Positions 45,686-55,399 of a DNA stretch of 64,000 nt are shown piece after piece. Position numbers and translations under genes: made by a program. The stretch covers positions 96,001-160,000 of the IMG/VR virus record IMGVR_UViG_3300045988_119718, one strand, 5' to 3'. This stretch comes from a virus. The notes under the pieces are model-generated. The model was given only the letters and a program-made list of their open reading frames with translations. It was not told the origin of the DNA and made no database searches. Numbering within the stretch: the stretch's first letter is position 1; every line of letters begins with the position of its first letter.

Positions 45686-46708
45686 TTACCCCCCCCCACT
45701 AACGTTCAATGCTCCTGGTTTATACCCACTATCAGCTATAACTTCAGCTTCATATGTAGTTCCCCTTGGACAAGTAAAGGTAGAAGTATGATCGGTTCCT
45801 CCATTCTTTTGAGGTGTATAAACGTGAATAGTCTGGTTAGCAGACTGAACAATAGTTACTGTAGCATTAGCTACTGTTGCAGCTTTAGCACTAATAATCA
45901 TATTGCTATTAAATGTACCACCCTTGGTATTTGGTGTACCTGCTATATAATTATTAGCAGCTATAACTTCTACTTCATAAGTAGTACCTACAGAGCAGGT
46001 GAATGATGAAGTGTGGTCAGTACCACCAGATTTTCTAGGTGTATATACATGGATAGTCTGATTATCACTTTGAACTATAGTTATTTTAGCATAGGATATA
46101 GCAGGGTTAGCATTAATAGACATATCACTATTAATTGTACCATTCTCATTAACATTTAATGACCCTGCTGTATAACCATTTTCAGCTATAACTTCAGCTT
46201 CATATGTAGTTCCCCTTGGACAAGTAAATGTAGAGGTATGATCTGTTCCACCAGACTTCTTAGGAGTATACACATGAATAGTTTGATTAGCAGATTGGGT
46301 AATAGTTACAGTAGCATTAGATTTTGTAGCAGAAGTAGCATTGATAGTTTTATTTTTAGTAAATGTACCACTTCTGCTAATATTTAGTGTTCCTGCCTTA
46401 TAACTATTTTCAGCTATAACTTCAGCTTCATAAGTAGTTCCTGCTAGACAGGTAAAGGTAGAAGTATAATCTATACCACCAATCTTTTTCGGTACATATA
46501 CATGAATAGTTTGATTATCTGACTGATTAATAGTAATTGTAATATTCTTTTTTTCATTATGAGTTTTCTTATAAAGGTCATCTATTAGATCTTGTAATTT
46601 CTTCCAAGTAGGGTCATCTTTAGAGATTCTTTTTAGAAGAATATTTTGAAGAGAAGCATCTAAATCTTCTAATCTTATTCTTCTAATTTCCTTTTTGTTA
46701 TCATTCAT
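45686..46708 (-). CDS. Protein with four tandem ~68-aa repeat modules (340 aa). It ends ...LNVSGGG* directly in a G9 tract.
   Basis: Four near-identical repeats: QSxNQTIHVYTPxKxGGTDHTSTFTC.xGTTYEAEVIAxxGYxAG. Confidence 0.55.
   Translation of the reverse strand: MNDNKKEIRRIRLEDLDASLQNILLKRISKDDPTWKKLQDLIDDLYKKTHNEKKNITITINQSDNQTIHVYVPKKIGGIDYTSTFTCLAGTTYEAEVIAENSYKAGTLNISRSGTFTKNKTINATSATKSNATVTITQSANQTIHVYTPKKSGGTDHTSTFTCPRGTTYEAEVIAENGYTAGSLNVNENGTINSDMSINANPAISYAKITIVQSDNQTIHVYTPRKSGGTDHTSSFTCSVGTTYEVEVIAANNYIAGTPNTKGGTFNSNMIISAKAATVANATVTIVQSANQTIHVYTPQKNGGTDHTSTFTCPRGTTYEAEVIADSGYKPGALNVSGGG
45689..45697 (-). repeat. Homopolymeric G9 tract at the junction of ORFs 45686..46708 and 44919..45674.
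   Basis: Read directly from the sequence. A +1 or -2 shift fuses the two ORFs. Confidence 0.9.
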
Positions 46709-46719
46709 AATATCACCTA

Positions 46720-47742
46720 TTATGAAACTCTATACCAAGCTGCTAATACTGCACCATATGGATTATTTGGTAATGGAGTAGATTTACAATTTGGTGATAA
46801 AGTTGAAGAGATAGTATGTCTATGAGCACCATCAGTAGATGTATTAGGTAAAACATCATCCTTGTCAGATTTTCCGCAGCCTAAATTTTTATTACTACTG
46901 TCATACACCCCCCATTTGCATCTATCAGGCCAATGCTCACCAAATACGGTTCCATGATGATGATCGCCGGTTGTATTAGTTGAACTACCGTTATGACTAT
47001 GCGGAGGCAAATTAGCCTCTGTAAACTTTAATGTGCTACTACCAGTCTTAGTAGTTATATCTGAAGTAGAATTCTTAATATTAACTTCCTCTACACTAGG
47101 ACTACCAATCTTTACATATGCATCACTAATTCTTACCCAATGTGTTCCTGGATATTCTGTACTAGGATTTACATTATAAGCATAGAATATAACTCTGCCT
47201 ACAGCTGGTACACCACTTACATCATCACTAGTCATTACTCTCTTAAATTTGGTATTATTTATATTACCATTACTAGCTCGAATGTATAATTTTCCATCTG
47301 GTTGAGAGATAAATAATTGTGTAGAATAATTTGTGTCTTTATCATAAGGCATATTTATTAATTGACCAGAACTAGCAGGTTGATTAGAAATAGTAGGTCT
47401 ATTGTAATTTGAAATATACATGCCTTGACTATTCCAATCAGCATCACTTGTTCCAGGATTATAGTTATCTTCTAATTTATGGAATGCTTCCCATACTTCA
47501 GTTTTCTTAACAAATTGATCAGTTATATTACCTAAATTATCTGCAATAAAATTTAGCTTTTTTACTAATTCATCATAACTATCTTTAGTTACTGTATTCT
47601 TAAATAGCTCTTGTAATGATGGAGCTAATTCTTCAAAGGTGATCTTATTTTCATTATCAACTTCAGCCATTAAAAAACCTCCAATCTTATTGATTCTAAT
47701 AGGTTTACGCCTATAGGTTACTAGTATGTTAATGTGCTCCAT
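46720..47742 (-). CDS. Tail-fibre protein with a phage tail-collar-type C-terminal domain and His-rich (HxH) motifs.
   Basis: VIFYAYNVNPSTEYPGTHWVRISDAYVKIG (tail-collar-like), LPPHSHNG...GDHHHG...GAHRHT. Confidence 0.5.
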   Translation of the reverse strand: MEHINILVTYRRKPIRINKIGGFLMAEVDNENKITFEELAPSLQELFKNTVTKDSYDELVKKLNFIADNLGNITDQFVKKTEVWEAFHKLEDNYNPGTSDADWNSQGMYISNYNRPTISNQPASSGQLINMPYDKDTNYSTQLFISQPDGKLYIRASNGNINNTKFKRVMTSDDVSGVPAVGRVIFYAYNVNPSTEYPGTHWVRISDAYVKIGSPSVEEVNIKNSTSDITTKTGSSTLKFTEANLPPHSHNGSSTNTTGDHHHGTVFGEHWPDRCKWGVYDSSNKNLGCGKSDKDDVLPNTSTDGAHRHTISSTLSPNCKSTPLPNNPYGAVLAAWYRVS

Positions 47743-47795
47743 TTTGCTTCGACATTACATTAAATATTATAAATACAAAATGGGGTGTTAAAAAA

Positions 47796-48752
47796 ATGAA
47801 TAAAGATAGTAAAAAATTTCATCTTTTATTAGTTCTGATTCCTATTTTTTGCTTTATTATAATTTCAGATATATTTGTATCTGATATAAGAGCTATAAAA
47901 CAAGATACATCAGAAAATATACAGACACTAGAAGAAAAGAAAACTGAATCTATCCATTATATAGTTGATAATAGAATTAGACAAGCCAGATTGCAAAATG
48001 CTTATATAGAAAGTGCTTTTAAATCTTATATAGCAGATTATGATACATCTCAATTACAAAAAGAAATGAACTCTGATGTATTGGATAATAAAATTATAAA
48101 TATACTTTCTAATATAATCATTTATGATACAAAAATAACAAGTATTTTTGAAACACATTATTCGGATCATATCTTGTTTATTAGTAATAAGAATGGTATA
48201 ATTAATATATGCAATTTATCTTCTAATAATCCAGAGATAATGTTTACTAATTGGGATGATTATATTGCTAAGAAGAATAATACCCAACTTACTTCTTCTG
48301 CTATAGATAAGCTTATTAATAAAGAAGAATCTGTTTTAGTATGGGAATCTAGTATAGCTACTAAAAATAATATACTCAATACAGAGTATACTACTTCTTC
48401 TGAAGAAACTATAGATAAGATTATACAGACTGATAATAGTTTTGAATATAGATATTATAATATTCTTGTACCTACTTATGTAAATATAAATAACCAAGAT
48501 GATACTTATGATTTCATAATAGTAAGAGAAATAAACTTATATAAAACTTTAGAACCACTTAGCTATAATATAAATAAGTATGATACGATAATAGAAGATT
48601 ATAAACATGAAATGAGTAACTTGCTATACATAACTATTCTTTTCTCTATTTCAATTACCATCTCGTTGTCTATCAGTATAATCATTGGGGTTCTTAAAAC
48701 CAATAATTATATAAAATATAAATTTAAGTTTAAGAAAGATGGTGATAAATAA
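47796..48752 (+). CDS. Membrane-anchored hypothetical protein (318 aa).
   Basis: N-terminal TM (LLLVLIPIFCFIIISDIFV) and a C-terminal TM. Confidence 0.4.
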   Translation: MNKDSKKFHLLLVLIPIFCFIIISDIFVSDIRAIKQDTSENIQTLEEKKTESIHYIVDNRIRQARLQNAYIESAFKSYIADYDTSQLQKEMNSDVLDNKIINILSNIIIYDTKITSIFETHYSDHILFISNKNGIINICNLSSNNPEIMFTNWDDYIAKKNNTQLTSSAIDKLINKEESVLVWESSIATKNNILNTEYTTSSEETIDKIIQTDNSFEYRYYNILVPTYVNINNQDDTYDFIIVREINLYKTLEPLSYNINKYDTIIEDYKHEMSNLLYITILFSISITISLSISIIIGVLKTNNYIKYKFKFKKDGDK

Positions 48753-49183
48753 TGCTAAAAGATGTGGTATTAGATGAAGAATTATTATTAATTCTTATAA
48801 TAATTACCATATCATTGATTGGAAGCCTAGTAAAAAATTATTATGAATTATTATATCATCATAAACGTATGAAGGTTGGACTTATAATTTTATCCACGGT
48901 ATCAACTTCTATACTAGATTATTCCATAAGCTCCCATCTATTAAAATTTTTAGGGTATAGACCTTTCATAGGAGTAACTTTCTTTTTAGGGTTAATAAGT
49001 ATGGAGCTTTTAGGAAAGCTTTCAAACCTAAATGATGTGTTTTTAATTATAAAAGTTATAATTTTTCGAGATAAAGATGACATAAAAAAATTACTAGATG
49101 ATAAAACTAGCAAAGATAAAAACAATCAAAACCACACCGATAATAGCACGAATAACAACATAAATATCACTATTAAGAAATAA
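48752..49183 (+). CDS. Small membrane protein (143 aa).
   Basis: Multiple hydrophobic helices. Overlaps the stop of the upstream gene. Confidence 0.35.
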   Translation: MLKDVVLDEELLLILIIITISLIGSLVKNYYELLYHHKRMKVGLIILSTVSTSILDYSISSHLLKFLGYRPFIGVTFFLGLISMELLGKLSNLNDVFLIIKVIIFRDKDDIKKLLDDKTSKDKNNQNHTDNSTNNNINITIKK

Positions 49184-49224
49184 ACATTATTATAATATTT
49201 TAAAAAGGAGGAGCTAATATTCCA

Positions 49225-50529
49225 ATGGCATACTTAAAGACATTGTGGCTTGTTGACGGTATTAGAAATAAACTGTACAAATATGAAGATAATGAATTAC
49301 AGCAAGAAAGTTATACCATTCCTGTTGTAAATACATGTGTACCAGTTGGTGATTGTAAGGTCTTAGTTTCAACTGACCAATCCAATGTATACATCTTATC
49401 TCCTACTGGATATTTATTTAAGTTTAATACCAAAGCAGAAACCTTCGTTAAAACTATTCGTCTTACTGATGGTTCTTCTGGTATAGCTCAAGGTGTTTTA
49501 CATGAGTGTAACACTTCACCTATTTTCGTCTCTAACTATAACGAAAATACAGTATCTGTAATCATGGATGACACTATTAAATATGATATTCCAGTTGGTT
49601 TAGGCCCTACAAATATCATAGTAGATAGTAATGGGTCAGCATATGTTTGTAATAGTATCGAAAATACTATTTCCATTATTTCTTACCAAAACTGTAAATA
49701 TATATGCTATAAAAAGATTAGATTACTTTCTAATCCTATAGACGTATGTGTTGATAAGCATAATACTTTATATGTATTATGCAAAGATTCTAAGATATAC
49801 AAACTTATGGCTAATGATAAATCATGCAAACGTTTATCATTTGACGTAGGAGAACAGCCTAGTGCTATTACTGTAGATAATCAAAATAATATTATCGTTA
49901 CAAACTATGGTGAAGGAACTATTACTATTATTGATCCAAACTCTATTATTAAAACAGTTGGATTACAAGAATTCCATCCTATAGCGGTAGATGGTGATAT
50001 TGACGATAATATCTTTGTAATTACTTCTCATAATATTATCATTGAGATCAATCAGGCTGGTAGAATTATTAATAAATTCTATGCTAATATTCCAGCATCT
50101 ATTACTACATTAAATGACTTTACTGGTATGAAAACCAGTAAGGCATTATATGCTGCTAACAATCCTGGTGGCAAACCAACTACCAAAGATGACCTTGATG
50201 AATTAAAAAAACAACTTGATAATAAAATTCAGAATTATCCTAATAAGGATGCATTCCCATATCCATCATCTAATCCAGACAGTAAAGCTCTGTATATTGA
50301 TGATGAAAATGGAACTATTTATAGATTCGATAAAGATAAAAAAGAATACAAAGTTCTATACGGAACTAGTATAGTAAATGCTAGATATGATGATAGTTCT
50401 GAAACATCATTGTCATTAGTATCAGTTAATGGCACTGTAAAACCATTAGAACTCAAGGATATTACTAATACCGTTTTATCTAAATATAATACAATCTTGG
50501 ATTCTGAGATTGATAAGGTGTTTGAATAA
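49225..50529 (+). CDS. YVTN/NHL-type beta-propeller repeat protein (434 aa); a receptor-binding or fibre-associated candidate.
   Basis: Repeated ~40-aa units (..YVCNSIENTISIIS.., ..IIVTNYGEGTITIIDPNS..). RBS AAGGAGG. Confidence 0.5.
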   Translation: MAYLKTLWLVDGIRNKLYKYEDNELQQESYTIPVVNTCVPVGDCKVLVSTDQSNVYILSPTGYLFKFNTKAETFVKTIRLTDGSSGIAQGVLHECNTSPIFVSNYNENTVSVIMDDTIKYDIPVGLGPTNIIVDSNGSAYVCNSIENTISIISYQNCKYICYKKIRLLSNPIDVCVDKHNTLYVLCKDSKIYKLMANDKSCKRLSFDVGEQPSAITVDNQNNIIVTNYGEGTITIIDPNSIIKTVGLQEFHPIAVDGDIDDNIFVITSHNIIIEINQAGRIINKFYANIPASITTLNDFTGMKTSKALYAANNPGGKPTTKDDLDELKKQLDNKIQNYPNKDAFPYPSSNPDSKALYIDDENGTIYRFDKDKKEYKVLYGTSIVNARYDDSSETSLSLVSVNGTVKPLELKDITNTVLSKYNTILDSEIDKVFE

Positions 50530-50530
50530 A

Positions 50531-50570
50531 ATGGTTATTATTAATATATATACATAACCATATTTTTTTA
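50531..50570 (+). terminator. Rho-independent terminator.
   Basis: Hairpin ATGGTTAT...ATAACCAT followed by T8. Confidence 0.4.
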
Positions 50571-50589
50571 TAAAAGGGGACATACAATT

Positions 50590-51831
50590 ATGCCAGAAAC
50601 TAAATATTTTCTTGATGCGGCTGGTTTAGCTCGTTTTAAAACAAAGCAGGATGCAGCTAATGAAGGCAAATTCTTAGGTATTAATGCTAAAGCTAAGACT
50701 GCTGGTGCAGCAGATACCGCTGCAAAGCTTGCTGCTGCTGTAGCTATCAACGGTGTACTCTTTGATGGTTCTAAGGCTATTACTATTGAAGATGGCACTA
50801 AGCTTTCTCTCGCTGATGCTGAAAAGCTTTATCTCAAGAAGGCTACTGCTGATACCACCTATCTTCCGCTCCATGGTACTGCCGATAAAGCAACCAAGCT
50901 TGCTAATCAGGTAAAGATCAATGGTGTACTCTTTGATGGCTCTGCTGATATCACTGTAGAAGATGCTACCAAGTTACCGCTCCATGGTAAGGCTGATACC
51001 GCTGGTACTGCTGACACTGCTGCTGAAGCTACTCATGCTGCTGCCGCAGATACTGCAACCAAACTTGCAGCTGCTGTAACGATTAACGGTGTTGACTTCG
51101 ATGGTTCTAAAGCTATCACTATCAATGCTGTAGATTCAACTGCTCGTATCGCTGAATCTGAGAAGGGTGTTGCAAACGGTGTTGCTACCCTTGATACTGC
51201 TGGTAAGGTTCCGGCTGCTCAGTTACCGTCTTACGTTGATGACGTAAAAGAATATGAAAACAAGGCTGCTTTCCCTGAAACTGGTGAAGCTGATAAGATT
51301 TATGTAGATATTGATACCGGTAGCATTTATCGTTGGTCTGGTACGCAGTATATTCAGATTAATACTTCTGTAGCATCTGCTGATACTGCTGTCAAACTTG
51401 CAACGGCTCGCAAGATTGCTGGTGTTCCGTTTGATGGTTCTGCTGATATCACCATTCCGGCTGGTAACGTCGGTGCTTTCACCAAAGAAGAAACCACTAC
51501 TACCTTCCTTTCCAAAGCTGATGCTACGACTACTTATGTTGCTATTACTCCAGGCAAAGACCTCTCTGATAACAACTTCACGACTGAACTTCTCACCAAA
51601 CTTAACGGTATTGAAGAAGGTGCTAACAAGTATGATCTTCCGCAGGCTTCCTCTACCACCCTCGGCGGTGTAACGGTTGGCAGCAACATTACCGTAAAGA
51701 CTGGTACTATTTCTTTAGCTAAGGAAAATGTAATTGCAGCTCTCGGTTATACTCCGTCTGATTCCGCAGCAGAAGTACCGGTAGAAGCTATTTCCGATAC
51801 CGAAATCGATAAGCTCTTTGCTACTGAATAA
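50590..51831 (+). CDS. Tail-fibre protein (413 aa) with classical phage tail-fibre repeats (ATKLA..V.INGV.FDGS..ITI).
   Basis: At least 5 copies of the K(L)A..V.INGV.FDGSA.IT motif. GC content and codon usage are noticeably different from neighbouring genes. Confidence 0.55.
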   Translation: MPETKYFLDAAGLARFKTKQDAANEGKFLGINAKAKTAGAADTAAKLAAAVAINGVLFDGSKAITIEDGTKLSLADAEKLYLKKATADTTYLPLHGTADKATKLANQVKINGVLFDGSADITVEDATKLPLHGKADTAGTADTAAEATHAAAADTATKLAAAVTINGVDFDGSKAITINAVDSTARIAESEKGVANGVATLDTAGKVPAAQLPSYVDDVKEYENKAAFPETGEADKIYVDIDTGSIYRWSGTQYIQINTSVASADTAVKLATARKIAGVPFDGSADITIPAGNVGAFTKEETTTTFLSKADATTTYVAITPGKDLSDNNFTTELLTKLNGIEEGANKYDLPQASSTTLGGVTVGSNITVKTGTISLAKENVIAALGYTPSDSAAEVPVEAISDTEIDKLFATE

Positions 51832-51868
51832 TAAATAATTATATTTATGAACTAGCAAAGGAGGATAT

Positions 51869-52375
51869 ATGGCAAGTGCTACACCAATTATCACTATTTG
51901 TGATAGGGATGATAGAGAAATCAGTTCTCCTTGGGGAGTAGGAACCTTAGATGTAAATAATGGCTCTGCTGTACCTCAGTCCGAAACTAAGGAAATCCAT
52001 ATATGGAATAATAAGGGTGGCATTGAAAGTGCAGCTGACTTAGTAAGTTCTTATATCACCACTAAGAATATTAATGGTGATAACTTGAATGAACAGTTAG
52101 TTACTGATAAATGGGTACAAGCTAATTATAAGAATGAATCTATCTCAGCTCTTAACGGCTTCCATGCTATTGGTGGGGATGATATATTAGAAATTTGCTC
52201 TGATAGTGCTACTGGTATAGACAAAGAAAATCATGTAATTTCTGGTACTGCTAACTCCGGTTCTACAACTGATATGTCTAACTTTGCTACTGTTCGTTTA
52301 AAAGTAGTTCCTAAAATAAATGCATTAAAAGGTCTACATCAGTTTAAAGTAAGAATATCAGGGTATTATACTTAA
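51869..52375 (+). CDS. Hypothetical protein (168 aa).
   Basis: ORF with RBS AAGGAGG. Confidence 0.4.
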   Translation: MASATPIITICDRDDREISSPWGVGTLDVNNGSAVPQSETKEIHIWNNKGGIESAADLVSSYITTKNINGDNLNEQLVTDKWVQANYKNESISALNGFHAIGGDDILEICSDSATGIDKENHVISGTANSGSTTDMSNFATVRLKVVPKINALKGLHQFKVRISGYYT

Positions 52376-53025
52376 TGATGGTATATGAATTAAAATCTAT
52401 TCCATTATATACTAATTCATCTGAACAATCTTATGGTTGGTTTATTATTTACAATAATCATTCCATTGTATATGAGCATACTAGCTATGCTCATATACAA
52501 TATTCAACTATTTCTAAAGATAATATCAATCTATTTGGATTATATGGGAATGATTTTAAATTAGTTTCCAACTTCTCAGATGGATCTATGTATATTTATT
52601 GGAAAGATAATCTGATTACTAAATTTAATTTTCTATTGTCAAATAAAGCAATAGAAACGAATTTAAACTCACATGTATACCATTGTAGACCATTTCATTT
52701 AAAAAGTTTTATTTATGATTTCAATATGTTTAATGCCATTAATTCTAATGGATATATGACTAATAAATATTACTCTGGGTATAATGGGTTGATTTTAGCC
52801 AATAATTATCCATTAAAAGTAAAGCAGTACTTCTCTATAGACTTAATGGATCATCCTAAGGAGTTAGCTATAATAACTAAATTAGAAAAAATAAAAGATA
52901 TTGAATATCCAAAAGATAATTTTATATTCTCAGTAATTAAGAATGATAAAATTTCTAAAGACAATTCTCAATTAAACTTATTAAATGATAATGTATTTAA
53001 ACATAAAACTATTTTTAAACTCTAA
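52375..53025 (+). CDS. Hypothetical protein (216 aa).
   Basis: ORF. Overlaps the upstream stop (ATGA). Confidence 0.4.
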   Translation: MMVYELKSIPLYTNSSEQSYGWFIIYNNHSIVYEHTSYAHIQYSTISKDNINLFGLYGNDFKLVSNFSDGSMYIYWKDNLITKFNFLLSNKAIETNLNSHVYHCRPFHLKSFIYDFNMFNAINSNGYMTNKYYSGYNGLILANNYPLKVKQYFSIDLMDHPKELAIITKLEKIKDIEYPKDNFIFSVIKNDKISKDNSQLNLLNDNVFKHKTIFKL

Positions 53026-53068
53026 AGATAGGTGGTGTGCTTAAATTCATATAAGATCATCAGTATAT

Positions 53069-53350
53069 ATGCACATTTTCTATGCATTAATGGCTATTTC
53101 ACTGTTACTAATATCATTATATAAGCTTCAATATAGTAATATAAATGATAGCTTAAAGGAAAATGCTTCTATTAGAGGAAATGCAAATTTATTATATCTT
53201 CAATCCAGCATAAAAAAAGAAAATAGTGTATTAACGTCCATCTATTCTAATAATACTAATAGTAACTTTGATAAAGCCGCTATACAAGCTATTATCAATG
53301 AGCCTAAGATCGTTGGTAATGTGATAGAAACAAAAATATTAGCAAGATAA
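53069..53350 (+). CDS. Small protein with an N-terminal signal or TM segment (93 aa).
   Basis: ORF only. Confidence 0.35.
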   Translation: MHIFYALMAISLLLISLYKLQYSNINDSLKENASIRGNANLLYLQSSIKKENSVLTSIYSNNTNSNFDKAAIQAIINEPKIVGNVIETKILAR

Positions 53351-53378
53351 TTGGATAGCTCTTTATAGAGCTATCCAA
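53351..53378. terminator. Bidirectional terminator.
   Basis: Hairpin TTGGATAGCTCTTTATAGAGCTATCCAA. Confidence 0.5.
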
Positions 53379-53380
53379 TT

Positions 53381-54715
53381 CTATATATTGTTATTTTGGT
53401 CTTTTACTCTATTAGAATATCCTTTTTGAGTATTAATAGCATAGTTATTAATAAACTCTAAGTCTATATAGAATACTAGCTCTGAAGTTCTTTCTACTAA
53501 TGGTTGGTTAGTACTAATTGTATAGGTATTCCAATCTATTTGTATAGGAACTTCTGATAATCCATTAAATAGTTTTACATCCATAAATACTGATGGAGAT
53601 ATAAATATAGACTTAGTGTATTCAGCTATGTCAAATAATGAATTTTCATTTCTAGATTGTATGAGTTCTTTAAAGTGAATTGTAGAAGGTTTATGTTGCT
53701 CATATATATCGTTATCTTCTATATAATCAGTAGTCATATACTGATTCCAGCCTTTATCATTCTTAAATGGTATTGCTCCAATATAGAGATTATAAATAGT
53801 ACATTTTAATGCTTTATCTATTAAAGCAAAATCATGTTTATCTTTAGCATAATAAGCATAGAATTTAGGAGCTGGGAATAAACATTCTATCTGAGTAGAT
53901 ACAACAAAGTTATTGTCTGTTTGACCTTCTCTTTCTCCTTCATCTACTTCTATATCACCACATCTAAGATGTACATACATATCTGTAAGCTTAATAAAGT
54001 ATTCATATTCTCCTTTAGTTCCTCTAAACTTACAAACAAATGGTAATCTAGAGTTCTTATTTAAGAATGATAAGAATTTACAATTATCAACTACCTGTTC
54101 ATTTCTTATCTCGAATCCAGAATCTTTAGCTATAGCCAGCATCAATGCTTTAGGAACATTAAAGTCTATTTCTGCATATCTAGTTTCAGTAGCATTAGCT
54201 CTACATGCAATTTGCATAAACTTGTATAAATCCATAGCGGTATTAAATGAAGATACTTTAATTCTAAATTCAAAATCTACTTTCCATTGTTCTAAAGTAA
54301 GAGAAACCATATTCTTATTAGTAGGGTTTACAAAGAAACAATCTTTAAATCTAGTTCTATTATTAATGATATTTCTTCCTAGTAAGTATAAATCAGTATT
54401 TTCTCTATTAAAAGTATAATCCATTCTAGGTCTAATAGCTAAAGCTGGTTTATTCTTTCTAATATTATTAATCATATCATTAGATAAAAAATCTCTAAGT
54501 ATATTTCTACCAGCTATATATTCTGATTTAAAGAAATCAGGTTGAAATTTATTTTTAAACCATTTTCTCATATATTCTACACAAATAGAATATGATGAAG
54601 AAACCGATGGAATACATAATGACATAGCATATTCATTCTTAAATCGCTTTAAATCTTTTATTGGAGAATCATGAGTAGTTACTAAATATTGAGGGTTATC
54701 ATGATTAAATCCCAT
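53381..54715 (-). CDS. Hypothetical protein (444 aa).
   Basis: ORF only. Confidence 0.4.
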   Translation of the reverse strand: MGFNHDNPQYLVTTHDSPIKDLKRFKNEYAMSLCIPSVSSSYSICVEYMRKWFKNKFQPDFFKSEYIAGRNILRDFLSNDMINNIRKNKPALAIRPRMDYTFNRENTDLYLLGRNIINNRTRFKDCFFVNPTNKNMVSLTLEQWKVDFEFRIKVSSFNTAMDLYKFMQIACRANATETRYAEIDFNVPKALMLAIAKDSGFEIRNEQVVDNCKFLSFLNKNSRLPFVCKFRGTKGEYEYFIKLTDMYVHLRCGDIEVDEGEREGQTDNNFVVSTQIECLFPAPKFYAYYAKDKHDFALIDKALKCTIYNLYIGAIPFKNDKGWNQYMTTDYIEDNDIYEQHKPSTIHFKELIQSRNENSLFDIAEYTKSIFISPSVFMDVKLFNGLSEVPIQIDWNTYTISTNQPLVERTSELVFYIDLEFINNYAINTQKGYSNRVKDQNNNI

Positions 54716-54750
54716 ATTAACTCCTCCTTTCTAAAATTAATGATATGTCC

Positions 54751-54790
54751 AAAAAATAAAGAGATGCTGAATAATCAGCATCTCTTTATA
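54751..54790 (-). terminator. Rho-independent terminator 3' of RNAP beta-prime exon 2.
   Basis: Hairpin AAAGAGATGCTGAATAATCAGCATCTCTTT plus T-run on the minus strand. Confidence 0.5.
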
Positions 54791-54792
54791 GA

Positions 54793-55032
54793 TTAATCAA
54801 TATGGTATTTTTCTTTCAACTGTTGTATCTTCTGTTTCTGCCCTATAGAATAATTATCTCTTCCAATATTGATTAAACCATTAGCATTAATAATCATATC
54901 TTTAAAAATATTCATATCATTGTTAAAGGTTCCATCATTTCTAGAAATCATCATAGAATTTCTTGGATTAAATACTTCCATAGCAGATTCCCAAAACTTT
55001 TTATTTGGCACATAGATAATATTCAAGCAATC
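54793..55032 (-). CDS. rpoC: RNA polymerase beta-prime subunit (N-terminal-half gene), exon 2. It resumes at D of NADFDG|D, then CLNIIYVP...PRNSMMISRNDGTF.
   Basis: After removal of the intron the junction reads AADFDG|DCLNIIYVP. Downstream, NSMMISRNDGTF matches E. coli ALMMSTNNILSPANGEP. The ORF-track entry 54793..55095 extends spuriously into the intron. Confidence 0.6.
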   Translation of the reverse strand, partial: DCLNIIYVPNKKFWESAMEVFNPRNSMMISRNDGTFNNDMNIFKDMIINANGLINIGRDNYSIGQKQKIQQLKEKYHID

Positions 55033-55399
55033 CTTTTTCTTTACATAGGTCGTTAGTCTATGCAGTTCTCTTAAGAACGTCTTATGCGTTAGCATAAGTA
55101 GAGACTATATCTACATCTCATAGAGATGATACGCACTTCGGATACACTTGTATCCTACTCCTTACGGATAGTCGTTGAACAGAATTAGAAATTCATATTT
55201 CTAAAACTTGCTGCTGATTGTACATTGCATATACTTTTAGGATTTCTCCATGAGTAATCTTATAGATTTTTTCTGTATTTCTACTGCATTCACACTTATA
55301 CTTTCTATCGTATTATGTTGTAGCTCTATAAGCTTTAGCACTTTCCAGCAATTCACGTATTTTAAATTACACTATCGCTAGTATAATTGGCAATTATTT
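55033..55399 (-). mobile_element. Group I self-splicing intron (367 nt, no internal ORF) inserted in the NADFDGD codons of the RNAP beta-prime gene.
   Basis: On the minus strand: P AATTGCTGGAAA, Q AATCAGCAGC, R GTTCAACGACTA, S TAGATATAGTC. P7 pairs GACTA with TAGTC. The exon ends in U (GGU) and pairs with the IGS GCCA. The intron ends in G before GAT. Splicing restores an in-frame DFDGD. Confidence 0.7.

Noticed and set aside
22592-45697. PolyG tracts as pure homopolymer sequencing errors
   Set aside because: Errors could change individual lengths. However, G7-G11 runs occur repeatedly at the same codon position of a paralogous family. Another lies at a domain junction with a stop placed immediately after the run. 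This placement is non-random and is biological design rather than noise. Individual ON/OFF calls remain provisional.
45686-46708. Tandem, highly similar ~200-nt DNA repeats that could be mistaken for a CRISPR array or a satellite
   Set aside because: The repeats are in frame and encode four copies of a protein module. There are no short spacer-repeat units and no cas genes.
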